From positions 25,296,001 through 25,360,000 of the forward strand of contig NC_090339.1 of NCBI RefSeq assembly GCF_035084215.1: 64,000 bases of DNA. The letters are read 5' to 3'. Every line of letters starts with the position of its first letter. Positions within the stretch are counted from its first letter, which is position 1. This DNA comes from Heptranchias perlo. Its lineage: Eukaryota. The position numbers and the translations under genes are program-made. The notes beneath the pieces were generated by a model. That model saw only the letters and a program-made list of their open reading frames with translations. It did not search any database and had not been told where the DNA came from. Positions 11,708-22,685 of this stretch are shown piece by piece.

Positions 11708-11826
11708 CATGTGAGAATGCTGTAGAATTGCTTTTCAATGCAGTTATGCATTTGGGATGCAAACCCTATCTGGACAGTCAGCGGGGCTCATGCATGTGTG
11801 CATTTGAGGAAAAAATCGACCTCTGA
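11708..11826 (+). CDS. PLA2G12A-like coding exon 4 (terminal)
   Basis: ttttatatag| ACENAVELLFNAVMHLGCKPYLDSQRGSCMCAFEEKIDL*; total CDS 199+77+166+119 = 561 nt = 186 aa plus stop. Confidence 0.95.
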
Positions 11827-12817
11827 TGTGAAGATTGAGAAAACAAATCTTATAAATAAGAACCTTCCCTTCCCTATGGAACTGAAAATTTCCTGTTTTC
11901 TCTGGAGAACTTTTAATTATGTATAATATTCAGAAATATATATAATTTTCTAACAGATTCTGTTGTTAGAACATTGTGTGAAAATCTTCCTATGTTCTTC
12001 CTGTTAACTGTTTACATCATTTAAAATGTGTATTGCAAGCTATCTGACATGGAGTGTTTTAAGTCCCAGTGCACTATGTCATGGTGTTGCAGGTTATAGG
12101 CTTACGCTCATACATTGAATTCCATCTCCCCTTCTGGGCTGGAGCCCAGCAAAGGTGATAAAGTTCTCTTTTCTTCTTCCACCCCCAGCCCCCATGCCAA
12201 ACCATGAGGGGAAAAAAATCAAAAGGTGAGTTGACTGGCCATGCTCATGCACCACCTAGTGACAGGTTACTGAATGACACTGTCACAAGACCAATTGGAA
12301 ATGATGCTGGGCTGTGGTGTCCAAAGAAAAGAATTGTAGAAATTGCAAATATATTGAATTAATTTATTTTAAATGGGAATTTAAATCAAGATCAACTGAG
12401 TCTGAACCAAATGTGTTAACATTGCTTGGATCATACAAGTAGAACTGGGTTGGCAGGCCGACAACCAACATAAGTAACTTATGTTGACTTGGTATCCCAA
12501 GCATTTGATCACTAGTATTCTAACTAGGTGTGACATGAGCAGTGACAGTGGGAAGAATGGACTTTGGTGAGCAGCCCAGATCATCAAGTGAATGCTGGTG
12601 AGCATACTGCTGGAAATTAAAATGGAGAGAAAAATACATCTTAAAGGAAATGTTTTTTTGAATTTAATATGTTTACATATCTAGAGCAGGGTTACAATTA
12701 ACCTGCAAACAGTTGCCATGTTCCTTGCCCCTAAATAGAAATTGCAATTTTTAGTTTCCTTGCGATAGATAGGGAAAGTTCAAATTTCCATTTCTTTGCT
12801 GCAGAATTTGTATTAAA

Positions 12818-13180
12818 GAAAGAACTTGCATTTATATAGCACCTTACACATTCTCAGAACATCCCAAAACATTTCACAACCAATTAATCATTTTGGAAGT
12901 GCAGTCACTTGTTACGTAGGCAAATACAGGAGCTACTTTTGCATGCAGCAGGGTTCCACAAACAGCAATGAGATAAATCACCAGTTAATCAGTTTTTAGT
13001 GTTTGAGGGATGAATGTTGGCCGGGACACCTTGCTGTTTGAAAAGAGCAATGGAATCTTTTATGCCCACATGAACTTGGTTTAGCTTCTCATCTAAAAGA
13101 CAGCATCTTGGACAATGCAGCAGTTCTCAGTACTACACCGAAGTGCCAACCTAGATTATATGCACAATTCCTGGAGTTGA
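12818..13180 (-). mobile_element. Deu-domain SINE in putative PLA2G12A-like 3'UTR
   Basis: Colinear with the other SINE copies; head eroded. Confidence 0.75.
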
Positions 13181-13689
13181 ATTAACCTACAGTTTGCACT
13201 ATTTTAATACTTTTTTCACATTTACATTTGTAACAGATTGCATGTTTTCTAATTAGGCTTTATAAATCAAATTTTGGGATAATGCACTAATGCTTTTGAA
13301 TATTGAGCTCTACAGCATTTAAAGCATTGCACCCTCCTCTTGAACCATCATGGCACAGACCGACAAATGGCTTTTTCCCCCACTAGTGGTGTGTTCTCTC
13401 ATCGTTTCTGTTTGAAGTTAACTGGGAGTTGCAATAGATAACCTCCATGGAAAATTAACCAGTCTTAAAACTCTTGTAACAAAATGTGCCTTGTTACTTT
13501 GATAGATGCCTCAACCTGTCATTTTCCAGTGCAATGTGAAATATCTCCTTACTAAAGTTTTCCCCCCAACACCCCCCGAGTGCTGCCTTTACAGCGGTAT
13601 CAGTAATGAGATAGGTAATGACCAGAGACAGCTGGAAAGATAAGGAAACAGGCTACTAGTGCCTAAAATTCAGGGAATGGGTGCTTATG

Positions 13690-14040
13690 TTGGTTTACTC
13701 ACTATTTTACTTGTACTTGGGTTTAAATCCAACCCAAACTGATAATGTGAAAGTCTGCTAACTGTAAGGATCCTATGTGACAGAAACATGGGCAGTCTCA
13801 ACCCAGTTTCCAGTGGCATGAGTTTACAGCTCAGAACTGTCCACAATTTGACAACAATTTATACTAAACTTGCCATTTCACTCGAGCAACAAAAATGGTG
13901 TGGTAAATGGAAATCTCATACTTGTGCAGTAGAGAGTGCTCTTCTGAGTTTGCGGTTAAATCCCATTATTTGTTCTGTGTAGAGTTCATTTTACCCTCCA
14001 TCTAACCTATGATATGTTTGAGCTGGGAGTGTGTGATTCT
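13690..14040 (+). mobile_element. Ancient LF-SINE-like element
   Basis: ggtttaaatccaaccc...gaaagtc...cctatgtga...gtctcaacccagtttccagtgg resembles the recalled LF-SINE consensus; related copy at 45480-45900. Confidence 0.45.
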
Positions 14041-14213
14041 TCGGTTGCGGGGGGGGAGCACATTTGTTTTCTGAGGAGATGTTTAAAGTACATTGCTAAA
14101 GCTATAAAATGTACTAAATTTATGTTTAGATATTCAGGCTTCTATTGGTATTCTCTAATTAGAATTCTGAAATGGTAATATTTTGTAAGTCATTTCTATT
14201 TTGTGTATCAAAC

Positions 14214-14219
14214 ATTAAA
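14214..14219 (+). terminator. Candidate poly(A) signal ATTAAA for the PLA2G12A-like gene
   Basis: ATTAAA in a U-rich context followed about 25 nt later by a GT/T-rich tract (gttgctttggtttcttt). Confidence 0.4.
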
Positions 14220-14646
14220 ATTTGTAAAGAAATGGTTCAAAAAGTTGCTTTGGTTTCTTTAATATCATGGGAGTTTTTAACAACTTTTTTATTATTCAGT
14301 TCACACTCCACTTAAGAGCAATTTCTTCCAATCCATTGCACAGATTGTTTTTCTCCACAGTGCCCCATTCCACAGGCAAGAATTTGGGAGGGGAACCTGT
14401 TCTCCAATATGAAGAACCCTGGCTGGTTTTTGTCCTCGCCGCTAGGTGAGACACACTGAGGACAGTTCTACAACTGTCCTCAATTGCCTTGACTGAGATT
14501 AGATTACTTTGTACGGTCTGGGGATAGAATCAGGAATGTTCCTGCTGTACATGCCTCAGTATTACAACATGCAATTGCACACTGCGCCATTCGGGAAACC
14601 TGTATATATCAACTTTAATGTTGAGTTTACAAATTGATGAAACGAT

Positions 14647-15376
14647 GGCCCAGAATTTGCTGGAGCGGGGTGCCCCGTTTGTTAGTTTTTTTTCCCTCGC
14701 CCTTCAGCTCGAAAAATGCTTGTGCTGCAAATTGCTGGAAATGCAAGCTGATAACGGCGCGGTGAGGTGAAGGGACAGTTGGGATTTTGGTAAATGACGA
14801 GACAAATAGTCTATCTCTTTAGCCAATGAGATTTAAGGATAAAGAAACAGTGGAATGACGGAGAAGGAAATAGGGTGTATTAGAGTCAAATTAGGTGCAG
14901 AAAGAGAAATAAAGAGAGGAAAAGAAAGATTGGATTGAGAGGAAAAAGAGACGAGCAGTTTTAAAAAAAAAAAAAAAGATTTTTAAAACCTCTAGGAACG
15001 ATTTACTGCCTGCAGGAATGTGACTCCACAGTTTCAATTGTTCCCTTTCTGAGCCAGAGAGGTTGAGTGGCATTGCAAGAACATTAATCTCGTCATTAAA
15101 AGGGTCCTTATATCGTTAAGTACCAACCCTAACTTTCTGAGATGAGTTTAATTTGTTTTAACAGCGCAAATGCAGCAATTTCTTGAAACTCACGGGGAGG
15201 TTTGACGGCAAGCTGCCATTTTCATGAGGCTAACGGCAGAGCGGCACAAATCAACAACGTCTGGTGATTCGTAACTCAAAGGGCATCTCTTCCTCGCCGC
15301 AAATTGCTGTGTTACTTGCACACTAATAACGGCTGTGCATTAAACTCGCTGTTATTTTCCCAGCAAATTCTGGCCC
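14647..15376 (-). mobile_element. Harbinger-like MITE (same family as 30269 and 49609, opposite orientation)
   Basis: TIRs ggcccagaatttgctgg / ccagcaaattctggccc; interior is reverse-complementary to 49609-50388; TSD not preserved. Confidence 0.7.
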
Positions 15377-16319
15377 TTTAAGTACTGTGCAGCAAACACA
15401 CTGAAGGGGAAACTGTTTGCAGCACATTAACTGTTCCACTGAAATGATTATAGAATGGAGTCTCCCAGAGCTCTGAAATTGACTCTTAAAGGCAGTTCAG
15501 AGCAGGAGAAAGCTGGCATAGAAGCAAAGTAGGCGTAAGTGCACGTTGTTCATTGTACTTGACCCAGCAATAAAGGATTGATTTCATTAAATTTTGAGAT
15601 TTTTGTTCTTTCAGTTCTTCAGCTTCTTGCCAAACACAGCATAGTCCCATTTTTCCCATTAAGTGTTCTTTGTATGCTACCTTTCAATGTAAATCTGTCT
15701 TGTTTGGGTATACTGCATACCCCATGTTTCCCTGTGGAAAGTTCTATAAGCCACTTCAGACAGTGCCTGGTATTGAGGTTTAAAACGAGGGTGGATTATT
15801 TTTATGCAGATCCAGATCTCAACAGGTTCTGCTTTTGCTTGTGTGAATACAGTTTAAGAGCTGTTTATGATTACACGAGTTTACCTACGAGGCAGCTTAG
15901 CAGATGATAGGTGTTTCTCCTTTACAATAGGTGGATAATTCACAAAATGCTTCAAGAGCGAATGCTTCATCTCCAAAACCCTTTTTAAAAAAAAATCAAA
16001 TTGTTTTGAGTAATTCAAAAATCAATTTAATTAGTTCTATAAATTTTGTTTGTGATTTAGAAGGCTTGGTATCAATGATTGTAGTAATTAATAGTTCCTA
16101 AAGGTAACAAAGTTAACATAAATCAACAGGATCTAAATCAATAGAACTTGATTTTAAGTTTACTGATAGTATCGCATTGGCTGGACTCAATTTATCACAA
16201 GAGTTCTTGTTCTTTCCCTATGGGAAAGCAACTATTGTGGGTGGCTGAGATTAGAACGCAATGATGGTTCACAAGATGCCAGTCCTAATCTCTCACCATG
16301 AAGAAAATATTCTGATTTG

Positions 16320-17280
16320 TCTTTCTCAGAGCCAAAGTGGATGACTTCATACTTCCGACAATGAATTCCATCTGCCACAGTTTTGCCCATTCACTTAGTC
16401 TATGTCCCTATTTATCTTCCTGCTCCCATTTACACAACTTACTGCACCTCCTAACTTAGTGTCATCTGCAAATTTGGATATACAACTCTATTCCTTCATC
16501 CAAGTCATTACTATATATGGTGAAAAGCTGAGGCCCCAGTACAGATCCCTGAGGATACTTGTCCAAGTGCTCAGTCACTCTGTCCTTGATAATAGATTCT
16601 AATAACTTCCCCACAACTGATGTTAAACTGGCAGGTCTGAGGTTACCTGGTTTCTCTCTTCCCTCCCTTCTTAAATAATGGAGTGACATTTGCAATTTTC
16701 CAATCCAAAGACACAATTCCCAAATCTAGAGAGCTTTGGAAAATTATGACTAATGCATCTGCAATTTCTTCCCCTGTTTCTTTTAATACACAGTGGTGGA
16801 AACCATCAGACCCTGGAAATCTGTCTAAAGTCCCATTATTTTCTATATTACCATTATTTTATGTATATTAAATTCACAAATTTCCTCCCTTTCACTTATT
16901 TTTAGATTTCTTGTGGAGCTGGTATTTTGTTCTCTTCCTCCAATGGTGAAAATGGATACAAAGCATTAATTTAACAAGTCTGCCATTTCCTTATTGTCCA
17001 TTTTGGTTTCACCTGCATTTGTCTTTAATGGGAACACATTCCCCTTAACCACTCTCTCTTAATATATTCATAAAAACTTTTACTGTTAGCTTTGATATCC
17101 CTTGTAAGTTTTTTCATATTCCCTTTTTGCACCTCATTACTTTCTTTGTATCCCTTTGTTGCTTTTTAAGCTCAGTCTGCTGGATTTCCACCTTTCTTTG
17201 CATTTGTGCAAGCCTTTTCTTTTAGCTTGATACTGCCTCTTACCTCATTTGTTGACCATGGTTGCTTAACTACATATGTA
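16320..17280 (-). mobile_element. Decayed CR1 LINE ORF2 fragment with internal deletion
   Basis: Minus ORF with LRPASLTSVVGKLLESIIKD fused to PQGSVLGPQLFTIYSNDLD. Confidence 0.85.
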
Positions 17281-17759
17281 AAACTTTTGCCTTTTGAGGG
17301 TATGTATTTTATGGAATTTTATTGAAATCAGAATTTGCTTGAATACAGAAAAATTCTTAGTCCCTGAGAATTTTGAGTGCTTTCTCATAGATAAAAATTG
17401 CAAACACTAATGTGTAACAGGATTTATTTTAAAGTATTTATCTGCAAGCACTTTTATAATGCAATAAAGGTATCCATTCTATGAAATTGTCTCATAATCT
17501 GAAAAGTTACAATGTGCGATACCAATGCTGAGATGCCTGGTACCTCTGTAGTCCATATGACATAAGTAGAGCCTTGTTCAGCTTCACAGAACATTCCTGT
17601 AACATAACTTTTTAATATGTATTTTTAGATTCGCTTGGTGTTGTGAAACTGTTAGCTGTTTCTGGAAATAAATATTTTGTCTTGAGGGTCTGTGAGTAAT
17701 CAATGGAGGATAGTGTGGCTTGTTTGTAATTGACAGTAAACAGATCCTTACCAAGTTAA

Positions 17760-18600
17760 GAAGCAAAATAGTGCAGATGCTGGAAATCTGAAATAAAAAC
17801 GGAAAATGCTAGAAAAACTCAGCAAGTCAGGCAGCATCTGTGGAGAAAGAAACAGAGTTAACATTTAGGTCGATGACCTTTTGTCAAAACTGGAAGAAGT
17901 GAAAGATTTAACAGTTTTTAAGCAAGTACAAAGCCAGGCAAAGCTGTGGTGGGGGGAATAACAAAAGGGAAGGTCTGTGATATGGTGGAGGGCAAGAGTG
18001 ATTAAATGACAAAAGGGATGATGGTGCAAGGTAAGGAGGGTGATAATGGGACATGTTAAGAAACAAAATATGGGTCTAGAGGAGCTGTAAATGGCAACAG
18101 CAGAACCATTACCAGCATCTGCTATCCCCCAAAAAAATGGGAGCAGTGGTTATGATCTGAAGTTATTGAAATCAATGTTGAGAATGGAAGGGTGTAAAAT
18201 GCCTAATCAAAAGTTGAAGGGCTGTTCCTCGAGCTTCCGTTGACCTTCATTGGAACAGTGTGGGAGGCCGAGTCAGAGAATTAAAATGGCAAGCGACTGG
18301 AAGATCAGGGTCACACTTGCGGACTGAGCGGAGGTGTTCAGCAAAGTGATCACCCAATCTGCATTTGGTCTCCCCAATGTAGAGGAGACCGCATCGTGAG
18401 CAGCGAATACAGTATACTAAATTGAAAGAAGTACAAGTAAATCACTGTTTCACTTGGAAGGAGTGTTTGGGGCCTTGGATGGTGGGAAGGGAAGAGGTGA
18501 AAGGGCAGCTGTTGCATCTCCTGTGCTTGCACGAGAAGGTGCCGTAGGAAGGAGAGCGGGTGATGGCAGAGTGGACCACGGTGTCGCGGAGGGAATAATC
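17760..18600 (-). mobile_element. Penelope-like element 3' portion (GIY-YIG endonuclease remnant and terminal repeat), older family
   Basis: Minus strand about 18280-18445 translates FTCTSFNLVYCIRCSRCGLLYIGETKCRLGDHFAEHLRSV; degenerate hammerhead-like TTGACAAAAGGTCATCGACCTAAATGTT near 17860-17890. Confidence 0.85.
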
Positions 18601-18689
18601 CCTCTGCAGTGCACTCCCACTCTGACCACTCTGTCCTCGGCATCCTACACCGTTCCAATGAAGCTCATGGAACAGGGTTTAGATTGAGT

Positions 18690-18830
18690 AAATTAAGAGA
18701 AATGGTTCCCATTGGCAGAAGGGTCAAGAACCAGAGGACACAGATTTAAGGTGATTGGCAAAAGAACCAAAGGTGACGAGGAAAATCTTTTTTACACCAT
18801 GAGTAGTTATGATAAGGAATGTGCCGCCTG
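18690..18830 (+). mobile_element. Older CR1 3' fragment, left half (split by the young CR1)
   Basis: agaggacacagatttaag...gaatgtgccgcctga; continues at 22683, colinear with the uninterrupted copy at 27590-27870. Confidence 0.8.
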
Positions 18831-19649
18831 ACGGCTCTGGAGCTGCGGATGGACTCACTTTGGAGCATCCGCGATGCTGAGAAAGTCGTGGATAGCACGT
18901 TCAGTGAGTTGGTCACACCGCAGATAAAAATTACTGAGGGAGATAGTGAATGGGTGACCAACAGACAGAGGAAGAGTAGGAAGGCAGTGCAGGGGTCCCC
19001 TGCGGTCATCTCCCTCCAAAACAGGTATACCGTTTTGGATACTGTTGGGGGAGATAGCTCACCAGGGGAAGGTGGCAGTGGCCAGGTTCATGGCACCGTG
19101 GCTGGCTCTGCTGCACAGGAGGGCAGGAAAAAGAGTGGCAGAGCTATAGTGATAGGGGACTCGATTGTAAGGGGAATAGACAGGCGTTTCTGCGGACGCA
19201 ACCGAGACTCAAGGATGGTATGTTGCCTCCCTGGTGCAAGGGTCAAGGATGTCTCGGAGCGGCTGCAGGACATTCTGGAGGGGGAGGGTGAACAGCCAGT
19301 TGTCGTGGTGCATATAGGCACCAACGATATAGGTAAAAAACAGGATGAGGTCCTACAAGCTGAATTTAGGGAGTTAGGAGTTAAACTAAAGAGTAGGACC
19401 TCAAAGGTAGTAATCTCAGGATTGCTACCAGTGCCACGGGTTAGTCAGAGTAGGAATGACAGGATAGCTAAGATGAATACGTGGCTTGAGAGATGGTGCA
19501 AGAGGGAGGGATTCAAATTCCTGGGCCATTGGAACCGGTTCTGGGGGAGGTGGGACCAGTACAAATTGGACGGTCTGCATCTGGGCAGGACTGGAACCAA
19601 TGTCCTAGGGGGAGTGTTTGCCAGTGCTGTTGGGGAGGGTTTAAACTAA
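18819..19649 (+). CDS. CR1 ORF1 (5'-truncated; SGNH/GDSL esterase domain)
   Basis: Motifs VIGDSIVRG, PGARV, HIGTND, DGLHL; the ATG at 18819 comes from the flanking older CR1 and is probably not native. Confidence 0.85.
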   Translation: MCRLTALELRMDSLWSIRDAEKVVDSTFSELVTPQIKITEGDSEWVTNRQRKSRKAVQGSPAVISLQNRYTVLDTVGGDSSPGEGGSGQVHGTVAGSAAQEGRKKSGRAIVIGDSIVRGIDRRFCGRNRDSRMVCCLPGARVKDVSERLQDILEGEGEQPVVVVHIGTNDIGKKQDEVLQAEFRELGVKLKSRTSKVVISGLLPVPRVSQSRNDRIAKMNTWLERWCKREGFKFLGHWNRFWGRWDQYKLDGLHLGRTGTNVLGGVFASAVGEGLN

Positions 19650-22600
19650 TGTGGCAGGGGGATGGGAACCGATGCAGGAAGTCAGTGGGAAATAAAGTGG
19701 TGACAGAAACAAAAGGCAGTAAGGGAGAGTGCACAGAACATGACCGGACAGATGGTCTGAGAAAGCAGGGCAAAGACCAAGGGAAGTCTAGATTAAACTG
19801 CATTTATTTCAATGCAAGAAGTCTGATGGGCAAGGCAGATGAACTCAGGGCATGGATGGGTACATGGGACTGGGATGTTATAGCTATTACTGAAACATGG
19901 CTAAGGGAGGGGCAGGACTGGCAGCTCAATGTTCCAGGGTACAGATGCTATAGGAAAGATAGAGCAGGAGGTAAGAGAGGAGGGGGAGTTGCGTTCTTGA
20001 TTAGGGAGAACATCACGGCAGTAGTGAGAGGGGATATATCCGAGGGTTCGCCCACTGAGTCTATATGGGTAGAACTGAAAAATAAGAAGGGAGAGATCAC
20101 TTTGATCGGATTGTACTACAGACCCCCAAATAGTCAACGGGAAATTGAGGAGCAAATATGTAAGGAGATTACAGACAGCTGCAAGAAAAATAGGGTGGTA
20201 ATAGTAGGGGACTTTAACTTTCCCAACATTGACTGGGACAGCCATAGCATTAGGGGCTTGGATGGAGAGAAATTTGTTGAGTGTATTCAGGAGGAATTTC
20301 TCATTCAGTATGTGGATGGCCCGACTAGAGAGGGGGCAAAACTTGACCTCCTCTTGGGAAATAAGGAAGGGCAGGTGACAGAAGTGTTAGTGAGGGATCA
20401 CTTTGGGACCAGTGATCATAATTCCATTAGTTTCAAGATAGCTATGGAGAAGGATAGGTCTGGCCCAAAAGTTAAAATTCTAAATTGGGGAAAGGCCAAT
20501 TTTGATGGTATTAGACAGGAACTTTCAGAAGTTGATTGGGAGAGTCTGTTGGCAGGCAAAGGGACGTCTGGTAAGTGGGAGGCTTTCAAAAGTGTGTTAA
20601 CCAGGGTTCAGGGTAAGCACATTCCTTATAAAGTGAAGGGCAAGGCTGGTAGAAGTAGGGAACCTTGGATGACTCGGGAGATTGAGGCCCTAGTCAAAAA
20701 GAAGAAGGAGGCATATGACATGCATAGGCAGCTGGGATCAAGTGGATCCCTTGAAGAGTATAGAGATTGCCGGAGTAGAGTTAAGAGAGAAATCAGGAGG
20801 GCAAAAAGGGGATATGAGATTGCTTTGGCAGATCAGGCAAAGGTGAATCCAAAGAGCTTCTACAAATACATAAAGGGCAAAAGGGTAACTAGGGAGAGAG
20901 TAGGGCCTCTTAAGGATCAACAAGGTCATCTATGTGCGGAACCACAAGAGATGGGTGAGATCCTGAATGAATATTTCACATCGGTATTTACGGTTGAGAA
21001 AGGCATGGATGTTAGGGAACTTGGGGAAATAAATAGTGATGTCTTGAGGAGTGTACATATTACAGAGAGGGAGGTGCTGGAAGTCTTAACGCGCATCAAG
21101 GTAGATAAATCTCCGGGACCTGATGAAATGTATCCCAGGACGTTATGGGAGGTTAGGGAGGAAATTGCGGGTCCCCTAGCAGAGATATTTGAATCATCCA
21201 CCGCTACAGGTGAGGTGCCTGAAGATTGGAGGGTAGCAAATGTTGTGCCTTTGTTTAAGAAGGGCGGCAGGGAAAAGCCTGAGAACTACAGACCAGTTAG
21301 CCTGACATCTGTAGTGGGTAAGTTGTTAGAGGGTATTCTGAGGGACAGGATCTACAGGCATTTGGAGAGGCAGGGACTAATTAGGAACAGTCAGCATGGT
21401 TTTGTGAGAGGAAAATCATGTCTCACGAATTTGATTGAGTTTTTTGAAGGGGTAACCAAGAAGATAGATGAGGGCTGTGCAGTAGACGTGGTCTACATGG
21501 ACTTCAGCAAAGCATTTGACAAGGTACCGCAAGGTAGGTTGTTACATAAGGTTAAATCTCATGGGATCCAAGGTGAGGTAGCCAATTGGATACAAAATTG
21601 GCTTGACGACAGAAGACAGAGGGTGGTTGTAGAGGGTTGTTTTTCAAACTGGATGCCTGTGTCCAGCGGTGTGCCTCAGGGATCGGTGCTGGGTCCGCTG
21701 TTATTTGTTATTTATATTAATGATTTGGATGAGAATTTAGGAGGCATGGTTAGTAAGTTTGCAGATGACACCAAGATTGGTGGCATTGTGGACAGTGAAG
21801 AAGGTTATCTAGGATTGCAACGGGATCTTGATAAATTGGGCCAGTGGGCCGATGAATGGCAGATGGAGTTTAATTTAGATAAATGTGAGGTGCTGCATTT
21901 TGGTAGATCGAATCGGGCCAGGACCTACTCCGTTAATGGTAGGGCGTTGGGGAGAGTTATAGAACAAAGAGATCTGGGAGTACAGATTCATAGCTCCTTG
22001 AAAGTGGAGTCACAGGTGGATAGGGTGGTGAAGAAGGCATTCAGCATGCTTGGTTTCATTGGTCAGAACATTGAATGCAGGAGTTGGGATGTCTTGTTGA
22101 AGTTGTACAGGGCATTGGTGAGGCCACACTTGGAGTACTGTGTACAGTTCTGGTCACCCTATTATAGAAAGGATATTATTAAACTGGAAAGAGTGCAGAA
22201 AAGATTTACTAGGATGCTACCGGGACTTGATGGTTTGACTTACAGGGAGAGGTTAGACAGACTGGGACTTTTTTCCCTGGAGAGTAGGAGGTTAAGGGGA
22301 GATCTTATAGAAGTCTATAAAATAATGAGGGGCATAGATAAGGTCGATAGTCAAAATCTTTTCCCAAAGGTAGGGGAGTCTATAACGAGGGGGCACAGAT
22401 TTAAGGTGAGAGGGGAGAGATACAAAAGGGTCCAGAGGGGCAATTTTTTCACTCAAAGGGTGGTGAGTGTCTGGAACGAGCTGCCAGAGGCAGTAGTAGA
22501 GGCGGGTACAATTTTGTCTTTTAAAAAGCATTTGGACAGTTACATGGGTAAGATGGGTATCGAGGGATATGGGCCAAGTGCAGGCAATTGGGACTAGCTT

Positions 22601-22685
22601 AGTGGTATAAACTGGGCGACATGGACATGTTGGGCCGAAGGGCCTGTTTCCATGTTGTAACTTCTATGATTCTATGATTCTATGA
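18824..22685 (+). mobile_element. Young, slightly 5'-truncated CR1 LINE
   Basis: Partial ORF1, uninterrupted ORF2, short 3'UTR and (ATTCTATG)n tail at about 22662-22685. Confidence 0.97.
19649..22597 (+). CDS. CR1 ORF2: APE endonuclease + reverse transcriptase, 982 aa, intact frame
   Basis: YFNARSL, AITETWL, VGDFNFP, SDH (endonuclease); YRPVSLTS, DFSKAFD, GVPQGSVLGP, FADD (RT); ATG overlaps the ORF1 TAA. Confidence 0.95.
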   Translation: MWQGDGNRCRKSVGNKVVTETKGSKGECTEHDRTDGLRKQGKDQGKSRLNCIYFNARSLMGKADELRAWMGTWDWDVIAITETWLREGQDWQLNVPGYRCYRKDRAGGKRGGGVAFLIRENITAVVRGDISEGSPTESIWVELKNKKGEITLIGLYYRPPNSQREIEEQICKEITDSCKKNRVVIVGDFNFPNIDWDSHSIRGLDGEKFVECIQEEFLIQYVDGPTREGAKLDLLLGNKEGQVTEVLVRDHFGTSDHNSISFKIAMEKDRSGPKVKILNWGKANFDGIRQELSEVDWESLLAGKGTSGKWEAFKSVLTRVQGKHIPYKVKGKAGRSREPWMTREIEALVKKKKEAYDMHRQLGSSGSLEEYRDCRSRVKREIRRAKRGYEIALADQAKVNPKSFYKYIKGKRVTRERVGPLKDQQGHLCAEPQEMGEILNEYFTSVFTVEKGMDVRELGEINSDVLRSVHITEREVLEVLTRIKVDKSPGPDEMYPRTLWEVREEIAGPLAEIFESSTATGEVPEDWRVANVVPLFKKGGREKPENYRPVSLTSVVGKLLEGILRDRIYRHLERQGLIRNSQHGFVRGKSCLTNLIEFFEGVTKKIDEGCAVDVVYMDFSKAFDKVPQGRLLHKVKSHGIQGEVANWIQNWLDDRRQRVVVEGCFSNWMPVSSGVPQGSVLGPLLFVIYINDLDENLGGMVSKFADDTKIGGIVDSEEGYLGLQRDLDKLGQWADEWQMEFNLDKCEVLHFGRSNRARTYSVNGRALGRVIEQRDLGVQIHSSLKVESQVDRVVKKAFSMLGFIGQNIECRSWDVLLKLYRALVRPHLEYCVQFWSPYYRKDIIKLERVQKRFTRMLPGLDGLTYRERLDRLGLFSLESRRLRGDLIEVYKIMRGIDKVDSQNLFPKVGESITRGHRFKVRGERYKRVQRGNFFTQRVVSVWNELPEAVVEAGTILSFKKHLDSYMGKMGIEGYGPSAGNWD

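Noticed and set aside
4607-11826. Assignment as PLA2G12B, or a firm PLA2G12A symbol
   Set aside because: Catalytic His is present and the sequence is 12A-like, excluding 12B; synteny conflicts with human PLA2G12A, so the symbol is left empty
19493-19648. ORF-track start of the 1034-aa ORF2
   Set aside because: Lies inside ORF1 in another frame; the ATG at 19649 overlapping the ORF1 stop is the more plausible start
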